Part shown: piece after piece, positions 1-8,910 of the stretch
How positions within the stretch are numbered: position 1 is the first letter of the stretch
Layout of the letters: every line of letters starts with the position of its first letter
Assembly: GCA_017462455.1 (NCBI GenBank)
Contig: JAFTRC010000056.1
Location: 12,078-76,077 of the forward strand
Direction: 5' to 3'
Origin: Bacilli bacterium
GTDB lineage: Bacteria; Bacillota_I; Bacilli_A; RF39; UBA660
Length of the DNA stretch: 64,000 nt
Notes under the pieces: model-generated
Database searches by the model: none
Seen by the model: the letters and a program-made list of their open reading frames with translations, nothing else
Told to the model about the DNA's origin: nothing
Program-made: the position numbers and the translations under genes

Positions 1-273
1 AAGTAGGTATTTTTAAAGTTTGCCCGATACTTAAAGCAGTAGAATTAAGATTATTTAAAGCAACTAATTCATTAACAGTGGTATTGTAGGTTTGAGCAAT
101 TTTGTATAAGCTGTCACCACTCTTAACGGTATAAGTATTAGTAGATGAAGTAGGTATTTTTAAAGTTTGCCCGATATTTAAAGCAGTAGAATTAAGATTA
201 TTTAAAGCAACTAATTCATTAACAGTAGTATTGTATCTTTGAGCAATTTTGTATAAGCTATCGCCACTTTTAA
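1..273. repeat. Near-identical 147-bp tandem repeat (two copies) encoding LysM modules of the amidase
   Basis: Positions 1-126 match 148-273 with only a few substitutions. The period of 147 bp equals 49 codons. Confidence 0.9.
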
Positions 274-1023
274 CTATATATACATTTTCTTTAGTTTTTT
301 CTTCTTCAACAGTAGGTATTTTTAATACATCACCTATACTAAGCATAGAACTAGTAAGCCCGTTAGTTTCTTTTAAATCAGCAACACTTACATTGAATTT
401 TTTAGCTATACTCCATAAACTATCACTGCTTTTAACTGTATAGTAATTACCGTCTTCTACAGGCACATAAGTTAAATTTAAGTATTCTATAACAGCTCTA
501 ACAACAGCTTCTGCATAATCTTCCCATCTCGTTTTTAATTGATTTACATCATCACCAGTACTATCTAAAAAGCCATATTCTACAGTAATAGCTTCTGTAT
601 TGCCTGTGTTTCTTTGCATAAAATAATAATCTTTAGCTGTATTACTTGGTAATCTTCTTTGATAAGCCTTTCTTATATTTTGCCCTTCATTTTCTAATTC
701 TGATAAAATTAAATTAGAAAGTGTATCTTTATTTCTAAGCGCATAAATAACTTCGGCACCATCGCCTCCTCCAGCATTTATGTGATTAGAAATAACTAAT
801 ACGTCACTAGTATTACCAAATGCATCAAGAACTCTATTAACTCTTTCAGTTGGACTTAGTGTTTCATCTGTAGTTCTAGTCATCTTAACATCTAGACCTA
901 AATCTTTTAATCTATTATATATATATTCCGATATTTTTAAGGTATATTCTTTTTCTATTATACCATTACCGCTAGCACCAGGATCATTGCCTCCATGACC
1001 GGCATCTATAACTACTTTTGCCA
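1..1023 (-). CDS. N-acetylmuramoyl-L-alanine amidase (Amidase_3-type) with C-terminal LysM repeats; 3' end runs off the window
   Basis: Own minus-strand translation from ATG at 1023 gives MAKVVIDAGHGGNDPGASGNG..., followed by LysM-like modules (YTVKSGDSLYKIAQ.YNTTVNELVALNNLNSTAL.IGQTLKIPT). AGGAGTGA RBS lies upstream. Absent from the ORF track because it is open at the window edge. Confidence 0.85.
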
Positions 1024-1077
1024 TAATATCACTCCTATACTAGTATATTCAAATATAAAAAAAAGGTATTAAATACC

Positions 1078-1458
1078 TTAAATATAATCTAATAATAATG
1101 GGAATAAGAAGAAAATTGCGACAAATATAGCAATAAATAGTATTATAATGAAAGTATAATTAACTCCATTTTTCTTTTCTTCTTTTTTTTCAGGTGTTAA
1201 AGCCTGGGTATTATTAATAAAGTCTTGTTTAGATTGTTCAACAGTAGGAACATTTTGCATTGGTTGTTGAATGACTGTATTAGTTTGAACTGGTTGTTGC
1301 GTTACTTGAGGTTGAACTGTTGGAGTAACTTGTGGTTGAGATTGCACTACTGTTTCAGATTGCTCTAAACCAACAATTGGAATATTTTGCTGAGATACTT
1401 GATTATTATTAATTGGTTGTCCAGTCATTGGATCAAAATTCATTTGATTATTATTCAT
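1078..1458 (-). CDS. Q/P/T-rich protein with C-terminal transmembrane anchor, function unknown
   Basis: ORF track. Low-complexity QPQVTPTVQPQVTQQPVQ region, then a hydrophobic tail FIIILFIAIFVAIFFLFPLLL. Confidence 0.5.
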   Translation of the reverse strand: MNNNQMNFDPMTGQPINNNQVSQQNIPIVGLEQSETVVQSQPQVTPTVQPQVTQQPVQTNTVIQQPMQNVPTVEQSKQDFINNTQALTPEKKEEKKNGVNYTFIIILFIAIFVAIFFLFPLLLDYI

Positions 1459-1472
1459 ATTTTTTTTCCTTT

Positions 1473-2297
1473 CTAAGCTATCGAACTATAAATTGTATTT
1501 GGATTAGGTCTTAATTGCTTTTGATATCCAATATTTTTTTGTTCTGTTATTTCGTTTTCTGGTGAATCATTATCAAATTTAACTACATATTCACCATTTT
1601 CTTTTTCTATTTTCATTATAGTATTTTCTTCATCAACCATAATTCCTTTTTCTAAATCTACTCTTATAACACCTTCAATAGTTTGTTGATAATTATTGGC
1701 AGCTTGAAATAATTCTTTTTGTTCATTATTTAAAAGCTCAAAGTTGATTTCATGTAGATAGTGTAATTTTAAATTTTCTTTTTTATTTTGTTCTAATTCT
1801 TTAAACATATTTTCAGTATTTTGTTTTATATCTGATGTTTGAAAATCTTGCTGTGTTGGTTGTAAATCTTTCATTTGATTTTCAATAGATTTATCTGTTC
1901 TAGAATTATCAATGAAATAGGTTTTATTTTGTCCTTGATATGAAACAAATTGCTTATCTTCTATATCAGTTGTTTTAATATTATCTTTTTCAAAATCTTG
2001 TTTATCTTTAGTAAGGATTCTTAAAGTTTCTAGTATTCTAGTAAAATCTTCTTCATTCAAAGTGTTTCCAAAATGTTTTACAACATTGGTCATATTATTA
2101 TTTTTTAAAAAATCTTGATAACTATTAGTTCTTTTAATAAACTCTTCTAAATTATCATATTTATTTTTGTTTAATAAATCCATTATTTTTCTAGCTATAG
2201 CTAATTCTTGTTCTCTTTTAGCTGGAGTATCGAAAATAGGTTTATATTCTTTAAAATTATATAACATAGAATCCCTCCTATACTTATTCACTTGCAT
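1473..2297 (-). CDS. hypothetical protein
   Basis: 274-aa ORF tightly spaced with the downstream gene. No recognisable motif. Confidence 0.5.
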   Translation of the reverse strand: MQVNKYRRDSMLYNFKEYKPIFDTPAKREQELAIARKIMDLLNKNKYDNLEEFIKRTNSYQDFLKNNNMTNVVKHFGNTLNEEDFTRILETLRILTKDKQDFEKDNIKTTDIEDKQFVSYQGQNKTYFIDNSRTDKSIENQMKDLQPTQQDFQTSDIKQNTENMFKELEQNKKENLKLHYLHEINFELLNNEQKELFQAANNYQQTIEGVIRVDLEKGIMVDEENTIMKIEKENGEYVVKFDNDSPENEITEQKNIGYQKQLRPNPNTIYSSIA

Positions 2298-2327
2298 TAT
2301 AACAGATAAAATTTAAAAAAAATATAG

Positions 2328-2356
2328 AAAAAACTACTTAATTGTAGTTTTTTTTA
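2328..2356 (-). terminator. Rho-independent terminator hairpin downstream of the methyltransferase gene
   Basis: aaaaaactac-ttaatt-gtagtttttt forms a 10-bp stem, and T-runs follow on both strands. Confidence 0.6.
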
Positions 2357-2377
2357 AAGTTATACACCTGTTTTACA

Positions 2378-3574
2378 TTATTTTCTTTTTAAATAAGTAA
2401 CACATTCAACATGTTTAGTATTAGGAAACATATCAAAAGGAGTAATTTCTATTATATTATATTGTTCTTTTAATATGTTTAAATCTCTTACCATAGTCAT
2501 TGGATCACATGATACATAAACTATTTCCTTAGTTTTAAATTTTAAAATATTATTAATAGTTTCTTTATTTAGACCACTTCTAGGAGGATCAACTATTATA
2601 ACATCAGGATTAAAATTTAAATTATGTATTTTTTTACCACTATCTCCACATATAAAATTGATATTATCTAAATTATTAATTTTTTTATTTTGATTCGCAT
2701 CCTTAATAGCATCTTCATTTAACTCAATACCAAGAATATTATTATTTTTACTAACAAATATTCCTATAGAACCAGTCCCACAATATAAATCTAATACTTG
2801 TTTATTGCTTCCTACATATTCTTTTACTTTATTATAAAGTTTTAAACAAGTATTTAAATTTATTTGAAAGAATGAGTCTGGAGATATAATAAATTTATAA
2901 TCATTTAACATTTTATAGATATTCTTATTTCCAAATACATGAATATATTCTTTATTAATTTTTAAATATATGGAATCAGCAATTTCTTTTAAAATATCTA
3001 TATTTAAATTTTTATTAGTTGTATCAATAATAATCATAAGTTCATTTAAACCAACTCTACATGTAATGTTTTTTATATTTTTTAAATCAAGTTTTTTTAA
3101 ATATTTAATAGCTTCATTTATTTTGTTATCGCTTATTAAACATTTATCTATGTTTACAATATCATATGTGTTTTTTTTAAAGAATCCAATATCTTGATTT
3201 ACCTGAAATGTTACTTTATTCCTATAATTTAAATAATTATCGCATTTTACAATTTTATTTATCTTAATATTTAATTTTAGATATCTGTCAACTATGTTTT
3301 TAATTTTATCCTCTTTAAATTTAAGTTGATTTTCATAAGATAAATGCATAATATCACATCCACCACATACTTCAAAGTATGGGCATGGACTATCAATTCT
3401 TATATCAGATTTTTTAATATATCTATCTACATCTGCTTCAATAAATCTTTTATTATCTTTAAGTATTTTTATTTCTACAATCTCATTAGGTAGAGCATTA
3501 TTAACGAAAACAATTTTTTCATTTAATCTACTAATACCTCTACCGTTATGATCAAGTGAATTAATTTCTATCAT
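2378..3574 (-). CDS. 23S rRNA (uracil-5-)-methyltransferase, RumA/RlmD family (TRAM domain + Fe-S Cys cluster + SAM MTase)
   Basis: N-terminal TRAM-like IEINSLDHNGRGISR, Cys cluster CPYFEVCGGCDIMH, SAM motif VLDLYCGTGSIG, and C-terminal FDMFPNTKHVECV. Confidence 0.85.
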   Translation of the reverse strand: MIEINSLDHNGRGISRLNEKIVFVNNALPNEIVEIKILKDNKRFIEADVDRYIKKSDIRIDSPCPYFEVCGGCDIMHLSYENQLKFKEDKIKNIVDRYLKLNIKINKIVKCDNYLNYRNKVTFQVNQDIGFFKKNTYDIVNIDKCLISDNKINEAIKYLKKLDLKNIKNITCRVGLNELMIIIDTTNKNLNIDILKEIADSIYLKINKEYIHVFGNKNIYKMLNDYKFIISPDSFFQINLNTCLKLYNKVKEYVGSNKQVLDLYCGTGSIGIFVSKNNNILGIELNEDAIKDANQNKKINNLDNINFICGDSGKKIHNLNFNPDVIIVDPPRSGLNKETINNILKFKTKEIVYVSCDPMTMVRDLNILKEQYNIIEITPFDMFPNTKHVECVTYLKRK

Positions 3575-3600
3575 AAAACCACCAACACAATTATAACACG

Positions 3601-4221
3601 TTATTTTTTTGATGTGGAGGTTAATTTTAATATATCGTATAGATTTTTATAAGTTTTACTATTTTTAGGTAATTTTTTAATACTATTTAAAATTACTTTT
3701 TTGTTTTCTTCGTGCTTACCAAAGCATTCAAAGTATATATAATCTAATTTTTGGATATCTATATTTTTTAATTCTCTATCTACAAAGTTTTCTTCTTTTA
3801 TTTGCTTTCTTGTTTTAAAAATTGGATTATTTCTTTTTATGATTTCAAAATCTATATTAGTTTCTCTTAATCTATTAACTGTTTCAAGTATTTCTAATTC
3901 TTCTTCTACTGATAAAAATGATTTTCTAATACTTATTCCATCTTCATTAAATTCAATAGCTAGAATATTATTGTGATCTGTTAAAAGAGCACAATAACTA
4001 AGCGAATTATCTTTATTCCATACTTCTGTTTTGTTGTACACACAGTTTATAAAATTTTCATTGACTTTTATTGAGTTATGCACACATTTTTTTAAATTTT
4101 CTTCACTTATTCTAAATATTGGTATCTTTTTTATGTGTATAAGTTTATCATTTTTGTTCCAATCAAAGAAATCGAAAAGCGTACTATTTAAGTTTAAATA
4201 AATATCATAAATATAATTCAT
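3601..4221 (-). CDS. conserved hypothetical protein
   Basis: 206-aa ORF that overlaps the upstream small membrane ORF by 17 nt, suggesting an operon. Confidence 0.5.
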   Translation of the reverse strand: MNYIYDIYLNLNSTLFDFFDWNKNDKLIHIKKIPIFRISEENLKKCVHNSIKVNENFINCVYNKTEVWNKDNSLSYCALLTDHNNILAIEFNEDGISIRKSFLSVEEELEILETVNRLRETNIDFEIIKRNNPIFKTRKQIKEENFVDRELKNIDIQKLDYIYFECFGKHEENKKVILNSIKKLPKNSKTYKNLYDILKLTSTSKK

Positions 4222-4423
4222 TCTTTCCTCCTATAGTTATTGATAAAATCATAAGTATAATACCGAAGAAGAAATTTAAACATTCTATTCTTCTAATTAT
4301 AAAATTAACATATTCAAAAAAATTATACCCAATACTAAATAAATTTAAGTAACAAATCATATATATGGAACCGATTGTAGTTAGTCCAAACCCAAATAGA
4401 AATAAAAATATTTTTAATAACAT
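4205..4423 (-). CDS. small integral membrane protein
   Basis: 72 aa with two hydrophobic helices. Overlaps the next gene. Confidence 0.45.
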   Translation of the reverse strand: MLLKIFLFLFGFGLTTIGSIYMICYLNLFSIGYNFFEYVNFIIRRIECLNFFFGIILMILSITIGGKNELYL

Positions 4424-4507
4424 AAATCCACCTAATAAATTTTATTATATTTTAAATTTTTTATTTATTATTTTAGAAATTTATTATATAATTAAATAGG
4501 TGATTAT

Positions 4508-5305
4508 ATGGAATTATTAAAATATATATTTTTAGGATTTATACAAGGGATGACAGAAACTATACCGGTTTCATCTTCGGGACACTTAATGATTTTTAAA
4601 GAAATAATGAATGTTAATGTTGATTTTGATACTATTGCAATACTTACTAACTTTGGATCTTTAATAGCTATAATTATATTATTTTGGAATGATATAGTTA
4701 AAATTATAAAAGGTTTCTTTAAATATTTAACTAAGAAAGATAAAGAATGTAAAGAAGATTATAAGTATGCTTGGATGATAGTACTTGGATGTATTCCAGC
4801 AGGAATAGGGGGATTATTAGTTAGTTATTTTGATTTATTTGATAAAATAGAAGATAATATTAAAATAGTTGGTGGATCTTTAATAATTACATCTATATTG
4901 TTGTTTGCGATAAGAAACTTTAAAGGTAAAAAAGATGATGGTAAGATAGGGGTTAAAGAAGCTTTAACTGTAGGTTGTTTTCAAATATTAGGGTTATTTC
5001 CTGGAATAAGTAGAAGTGGATCTACTATAGTAGGGGGAATGACTCAAGGTTTAAAAAGAGATACTGCGTTCAAATATTCATTTATGTTATATATACCTAT
5101 GAGTATTGCTGCTATGGCACTTCAAATAACAGATTTAAATATTGAATCAGGTTTGATATTACATTATATATGTTCTGTAGTAGTATCACTTGTAGTAACA
5201 TTACTTGTAACTAAATGGTTTAGAAAAATTGTAAATAATGGAAAATTAATTTATTTTTCAATATATTGCTTTATAGTAGGGTTACTTGTAATATTGTTCT
5301 TATAG
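4508..5305 (+). CDS. uppP: undecaprenyl-diphosphate phosphatase
   Basis: BacA/UppP signature motifs GFIQGMTETIPVSSSGHL and PGISRSGSTIVGG in a polytopic membrane protein. Confidence 0.9.
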   Translation: MELLKYIFLGFIQGMTETIPVSSSGHLMIFKEIMNVNVDFDTIAILTNFGSLIAIIILFWNDIVKIIKGFFKYLTKKDKECKEDYKYAWMIVLGCIPAGIGGLLVSYFDLFDKIEDNIKIVGGSLIITSILLFAIRNFKGKKDDGKIGVKEALTVGCFQILGLFPGISRSGSTIVGGMTQGLKRDTAFKYSFMLYIPMSIAAMALQITDLNIESGLILHYICSVVVSLVVTLLVTKWFRKIVNNGKLIYFSIYCFIVGLLVILFL

Positions 5306-5348
5306 TAATATAATTTAAAAATCAATTGTATAAAAATAAAAGATTGCT

Positions 5349-5957
5349 TTACATTTTAGCAATCTTTTTAACTTTATAAATACCATGACCTGACTTTTCG
5401 ATATCAGCACTTTCTATCTCTAAAGTAGTAGGACTAATATTACCTAAGTTATAGAAGTTTTTTAATGAATTAGTCATTTTCATGTATAAATTAATAGCTT
5501 CATCATTTTTGTTTTCTCTAAGTATGTTTATAACAGGAATAATATATTCATTAAAATATTTTAAAGCTATTTGATATTTTAATGGATCATTATTAAGTGC
5601 TTCTGCAATTTTAGGTCCAACTATATCATATTCAACTAATAATGGTTTGTATTTTTCATCTTTTTGTAATACATTTTTTCTGAATTTTCTCATAGTTTCT
5701 AGGTAATAATTATCATCAGGCATTTCTAATATATTACATAACATGGTGGTTAAATAACATCCGCTGCCATCTGTATGTTCCTTTGAATATCTATATGCAC
5801 TTTCTGCTTCACTAGAACTTCTACTATAGGCTCTACAAAATCTATAACATTCTAAGTCGCAAGCAGAATGTCTTTCTAATCTAGTTTCACACCAAAATTT
5901 ACCATTTAAATCATGTGAAGTTAAATCAAGATAAGTACATTCACTACAATAAGCCAT
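5349..5957 (-). CDS. Cys-rich hypothetical protein
   Basis: N-terminal CSEC...C...C..EC..FC pattern, then GCYLTTMLCNILEMPDDNYYLETMRKFRK. Confidence 0.5.
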   Translation of the reverse strand: MAYCSECTYLDLTSHDLNGKFWCETRLERHSACDLECYRFCRAYSRSSSEAESAYRYSKEHTDGSGCYLTTMLCNILEMPDDNYYLETMRKFRKNVLQKDEKYKPLLVEYDIVGPKIAEALNNDPLKYQIALKYFNEYIIPVINILRENKNDEAINLYMKMTNSLKNFYNLGNISPTTLEIESADIEKSGHGIYKVKKIAKM

Positions 5958-6024
5958 AAAATCTTCACCTCTATTGGTTTTGTATTATAACACATTAACA
6001 ATTAATTTTCAAATTGCTTAAATT

Positions 6025-6873
6025 TTACTTTGATATAAATTTATCTGATTTCTTTTTTACTTTTTGGTATTCATCTTTACTTATTTCTAAACCTAATGAC
6101 ATTCTTTCTTTTAAATTAAGCTTTTCACTTTGCTTTTCTATATAAGACCAATTGTCATATTCAGGATTTAATTTCTCAATATAATATTTAGTTGGTATAA
6201 GCGTAGTTTTGTATCCACTTAAAAGAGTGAGTTTTGATTTCTTTTTTAAATAATTATTTATATTTGTCATTTTAAATTTTTTTACAATAGATAAGCAATT
6301 TATATATGAGCTCAAATTAGCTAACCTTTCTTGAGGAGCTAAATCATAATATTTATAATATAAATTTCTATATTTTATTACCTGAGTTAATAAAATAATA
6401 TTTCTTTTTACAGTTAAGTCATGTGAATTTTTATAAAAGTCTACAATAGCAGTTTCAAATAAACTATATGATTCATTTAAAATATTACTTTCTAAGGAAT
6501 TATTTTCTTTCATTAATTTATCTTGATTTACGTGTTCTAGTTCATGAAGAATTATTAATATTACAGCTAAATATTTATATATTTGTTGTTCATTATCAGT
6601 AAAATTATAATAATTCTTTTTTATTTTTTTAGAGATAGCATCTAAATTTATACTTATATTTTTTGCTTTTGAATTGTATTCTCCTAATGAGTTTAATTTA
6701 TTATCGATTATAAATGCGTTATAGAATTCATTTAATTTAGCATAGTCAATAATAGTATTAATTACCGTTTTTATAAAATAATTATCTACAGGTCTATTCT
6801 TTGAACTATATTCAACTATTAAATTATAAAAAAATTTATTTATATTATCGTCTATTTGCAGCATATAAATCAC
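6025..6873 (-). CDS. hypothetical protein with HExxH zinc-metallopeptidase-like motif
   Basis: ILHELEHVNQ lies at about aa 108. No signal peptide is visible. Confidence 0.45.
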   Translation of the reverse strand: MIYMLQIDDNINKFFYNLIVEYSSKNRPVDNYFIKTVINTIIDYAKLNEFYNAFIIDNKLNSLGEYNSKAKNISINLDAISKKIKKNYYNFTDNEQQIYKYLAVILIILHELEHVNQDKLMKENNSLESNILNESYSLFETAIVDFYKNSHDLTVKRNIILLTQVIKYRNLYYKYYDLAPQERLANLSSYINCLSIVKKFKMTNINNYLKKKSKLTLLSGYKTTLIPTKYYIEKLNPEYDNWSYIEKQSEKLNLKERMSLGLEISKDEYQKVKKKSDKFISK

Positions 6874-7106
6874 CTCGAGTGTTTCTTATTATAACAGAAA
6901 AAAAGAAAAAACGAACTATTTGTTTTATAGTTCGGCTTATTTTTTTTGTGCCCTTTTGGTGGAAGTATAACAACCACTAGGCATAGATTTATAGGTAGTA
7001 ATAACTACTAACTAGTTAAATTATACTATATTTTTGACAAAATGTACCAAAAAACAACAAAATTATTAAAATTTATGATAAAATAAGTATTGTAGGAGGT
7101 AGCTTT

Positions 7107-7331
7107 ATGAGTAAAGAAAAGGCTTTTTATAGTGATAAACCATTATTACAAAGAATAGTTTTATTTTTAGCAGGATTCTGTAATTTCTTAATAGGTTATG
7201 CGTTATATTTTACATTTAAAGATGACAAGTCAAAAGATTGGCAAATAGAATTTATTCAAAGAGGTGCAGCATTTGGTTTGGCATTTACTATAATTGGATT
7301 GTTTCTTAGTTTAATATCTGTTATTTTATAA
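7107..7331 (+). CDS. small two-helix membrane protein
   Basis: 74 aa, GGAGG RBS upstream, two hydrophobic segments. Confidence 0.5.
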   Translation: MSKEKAFYSDKPLLQRIVLFLAGFCNFLIGYALYFTFKDDKSKDWQIEFIQRGAAFGLAFTIIGLFLSLISVIL

Positions 7332-7350
7332 TAACATTTATGACTAAAAT

Positions 7351-7527
7351 AATAAAAGCCGTGGCACGTTTTGCTCGCTTGCGAGTGAAAGTGGCGATAG
7401 GCTTTTTCTTTTATATTCATTACGAAGTTTTGAAAATAAAAACATAATTTTGCTTGGCTTTATGCCTTGCTAAAATTATGCTTAAAAGGGTTTAAAAAGG
7501 GAAATTCCCTTTTTCACACCGTTATTG
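7351..7527. repeat. 177-bp direct repeat, copy 1 (hairpin-rich; pairs with 8242-8418)
   Basis: Nearly identical to 8242-8418 (two 1-nt T-run indels and one substitution seen). Contains hairpins aaaagcc...ggctttt and aaaaagggaaattcccttttt. Confidence 0.9.
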
Positions 7528-7597
7528 GCTCTGCCAATAGCGTAGTGTGTTACTAAAATGGAATTTTAGTTTTATCACACGAGCTGTAGCTAGTTTT

Positions 7598-8125
7598 TTA
7601 AATATCAAAATCTCTATCATCTTTTTCATAATTTTTTGTGTATAAATAATCATTTATTTCATCTTCTCTAGGTGTTTTATCTGCTATATCGTGTAAATCT
7701 TTATTTGTGTATAAATCTAATTTGTGATAATTAGTTATTTCGTCTACAACTTTATCTTTATCATTTTCATTTCCTGATTTAAGTAATTTTCTAAAGAATT
7801 GTTTTAGTGATTGAACTATGATATTTAATAAATTTTTTAATTTGTTTTTTTCTTGTTGTAATTCTTTATTTTTATATTCTAATCTTCTAACCTCATATTG
7901 AATATTTCTTTTTTCATTTTCTAAATCTTTATAAGTTTGTGTATAGTCAGTAAGTTCTTTAAATAGTGCTTGATTTCTAGGCATATCTTTAATAACTCTT
8001 TTTGATGTATTCATAAAGTTATTTAATGTATCGTAAGTGTCTTTATCAATTTTAACTTCTTTACCTGTTATTGTAGGTTTAGAAGTTTTTAATTTTTCTT
8101 GTAGTTCTTCAAAGTCTCTAGTCAT
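7598..8125 (-). pseudogene. coiled-coil ORF, possible C-terminal fragment of a MobV/Pre-type plasmid mobilisation protein
   Basis: Charged coiled-coil sequence (NEKRNIQYEVRRLEYKNKELQQEKNKLKN). The reading frame stays open about 20 codons upstream of the ATG to an in-frame stop. No relaxase N-terminal domain is present. The ORF is bracketed by 177-bp direct repeats. Confidence 0.35.
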
Positions 8126-8241
8126 AAGATAATTTTGTTGTTCTAATCTATTATCTAGTTTTCTTGTGATTTTTTTAAATTCTTTTGTAGATATTCATAA
8201 TGGAAAAAAGAAAAAACAAAATAAGAAAGCAAATAAGAAAA

Positions 8242-8418
8242 AATAAAAGCCGTGGCACGTTTTGCTCGCTTGTGAGTGAAAGTGGCGATAGGCTTTTCTT
8301 TTATTTTCATTACGAAGTTTTGAAAATAAAAACATAATTTTTGCTTGGCTTTATGCCTTGCTAAAATTATGCTTAAAAGGGTTTAAAAAGGGAAATTCCC
8401 TTTTTCACACCGTTATTG
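8242..8418. repeat. 177-bp direct repeat, copy 2
   Basis: Matches 7351-7527. The offset between the copies is 891 bp. Confidence 0.9.
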
Positions 8419-8478
8419 ACAAAATAAAACTACTTTCAATTTAATTTGAGAAAAGTTTTTATATTTTATCTCTAAAAG

Positions 8479-8630
8479 TTCGAGTTTCCTATCAATCTGG
8501 TGCGGTATAACCACAGCTTACGAACGTTGTTCTCTTTCTATTAACATTATAAATTAAATAAATAAAAAAATCAACATATACTATTGATATAAGAATATAT
8601 GTTTGGTATAATGTTAATGGATACATTTGA
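8479..8630. repeat. ~150-bp direct repeat, copy 1, carrying a near-consensus promoter (pairs with 11407-11553)
   Basis: gttcgagt..atcaatctggtgcggta.aaccacagcttacgaa.gttgttctctttct...ttgata.aagaatatatgtttggtataat is shared with the second copy. Confidence 0.9.
8584..8612 (+). promoter_or_regulatory. sigma-A-type promoter, TTGATA-17 nt-TATAAT with extended -10 (TGg)
   Basis: TTGATA at 8584-8589 and TGgTATAAT at 8604-8612. Drives the small hydrophobic ORF at 8689. Confidence 0.7.
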
Positions 8631-8688
8631 AAATATCAGATGTTTTCCCTTTCTATTTATCAATGATAAAGGAAAGGTGGTGATATTT

Positions 8689-8766
8689 ATGACTAAAAGA
8701 GAATTTTCTCAATACGTTATTATATTACTACTATTTGTAGTTGTAATAATATTACTCCTAAAATAG
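8689..8766 (+). CDS. 25-aa hydrophobic peptide MTKREFSQYVIILLLFVVVIILLLK, candidate type I toxin
   Basis: Strong RBS AGGTGGTGA 6 nt upstream of the ATG and a single TM helix with charged ends. The mRNA 5' end and 3' UTR are complementary (see findings). Confidence 0.5.
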   Translation: MTKREFSQYVIILLLFVVVIILLLK

Positions 8767-8910
8767 CAAAAACATCTGAAAACAACAATGGTTGATTTCA
8801 GATGATCCAATTAAGGGATTACATCTGATTCACGCAGTCAAATGTATCCTCTTTTTTATTATATGCAAGTTTCCTTGACATATTTAATATATCATAAATG
8901 TTAGATAAAA

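Noticed and set aside
249-443. 64-aa + strand ORF in the track
   Set aside because: It is antisense to the LysM region of the amidase gene, which has clear homology-type motifs. It has hydrophobic low-complexity content and no RBS.
2970-3197. 75-aa + strand ORF inside the methyltransferase gene
   Set aside because: It is antisense to a well-supported CDS. This is a typical AT-rich shadow ORF.
6905-6950. Orphan hairpin cgaactat/atagttcg with flanking T/A runs between divergent genes
   Set aside because: It could be a terminator for an unannotated small RNA. There is no promoter or conserved feature to support a call.
7598-8125. The Mob-like remnant as the missing relaxase of the 14-39 kb T4SS locus
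   Set aside because: It lacks the N-terminal relaxase domain. It lies 6 kb away, beyond scpAB and a tRNA, on the opposite strand inside a separate repeat-bounded remnant.
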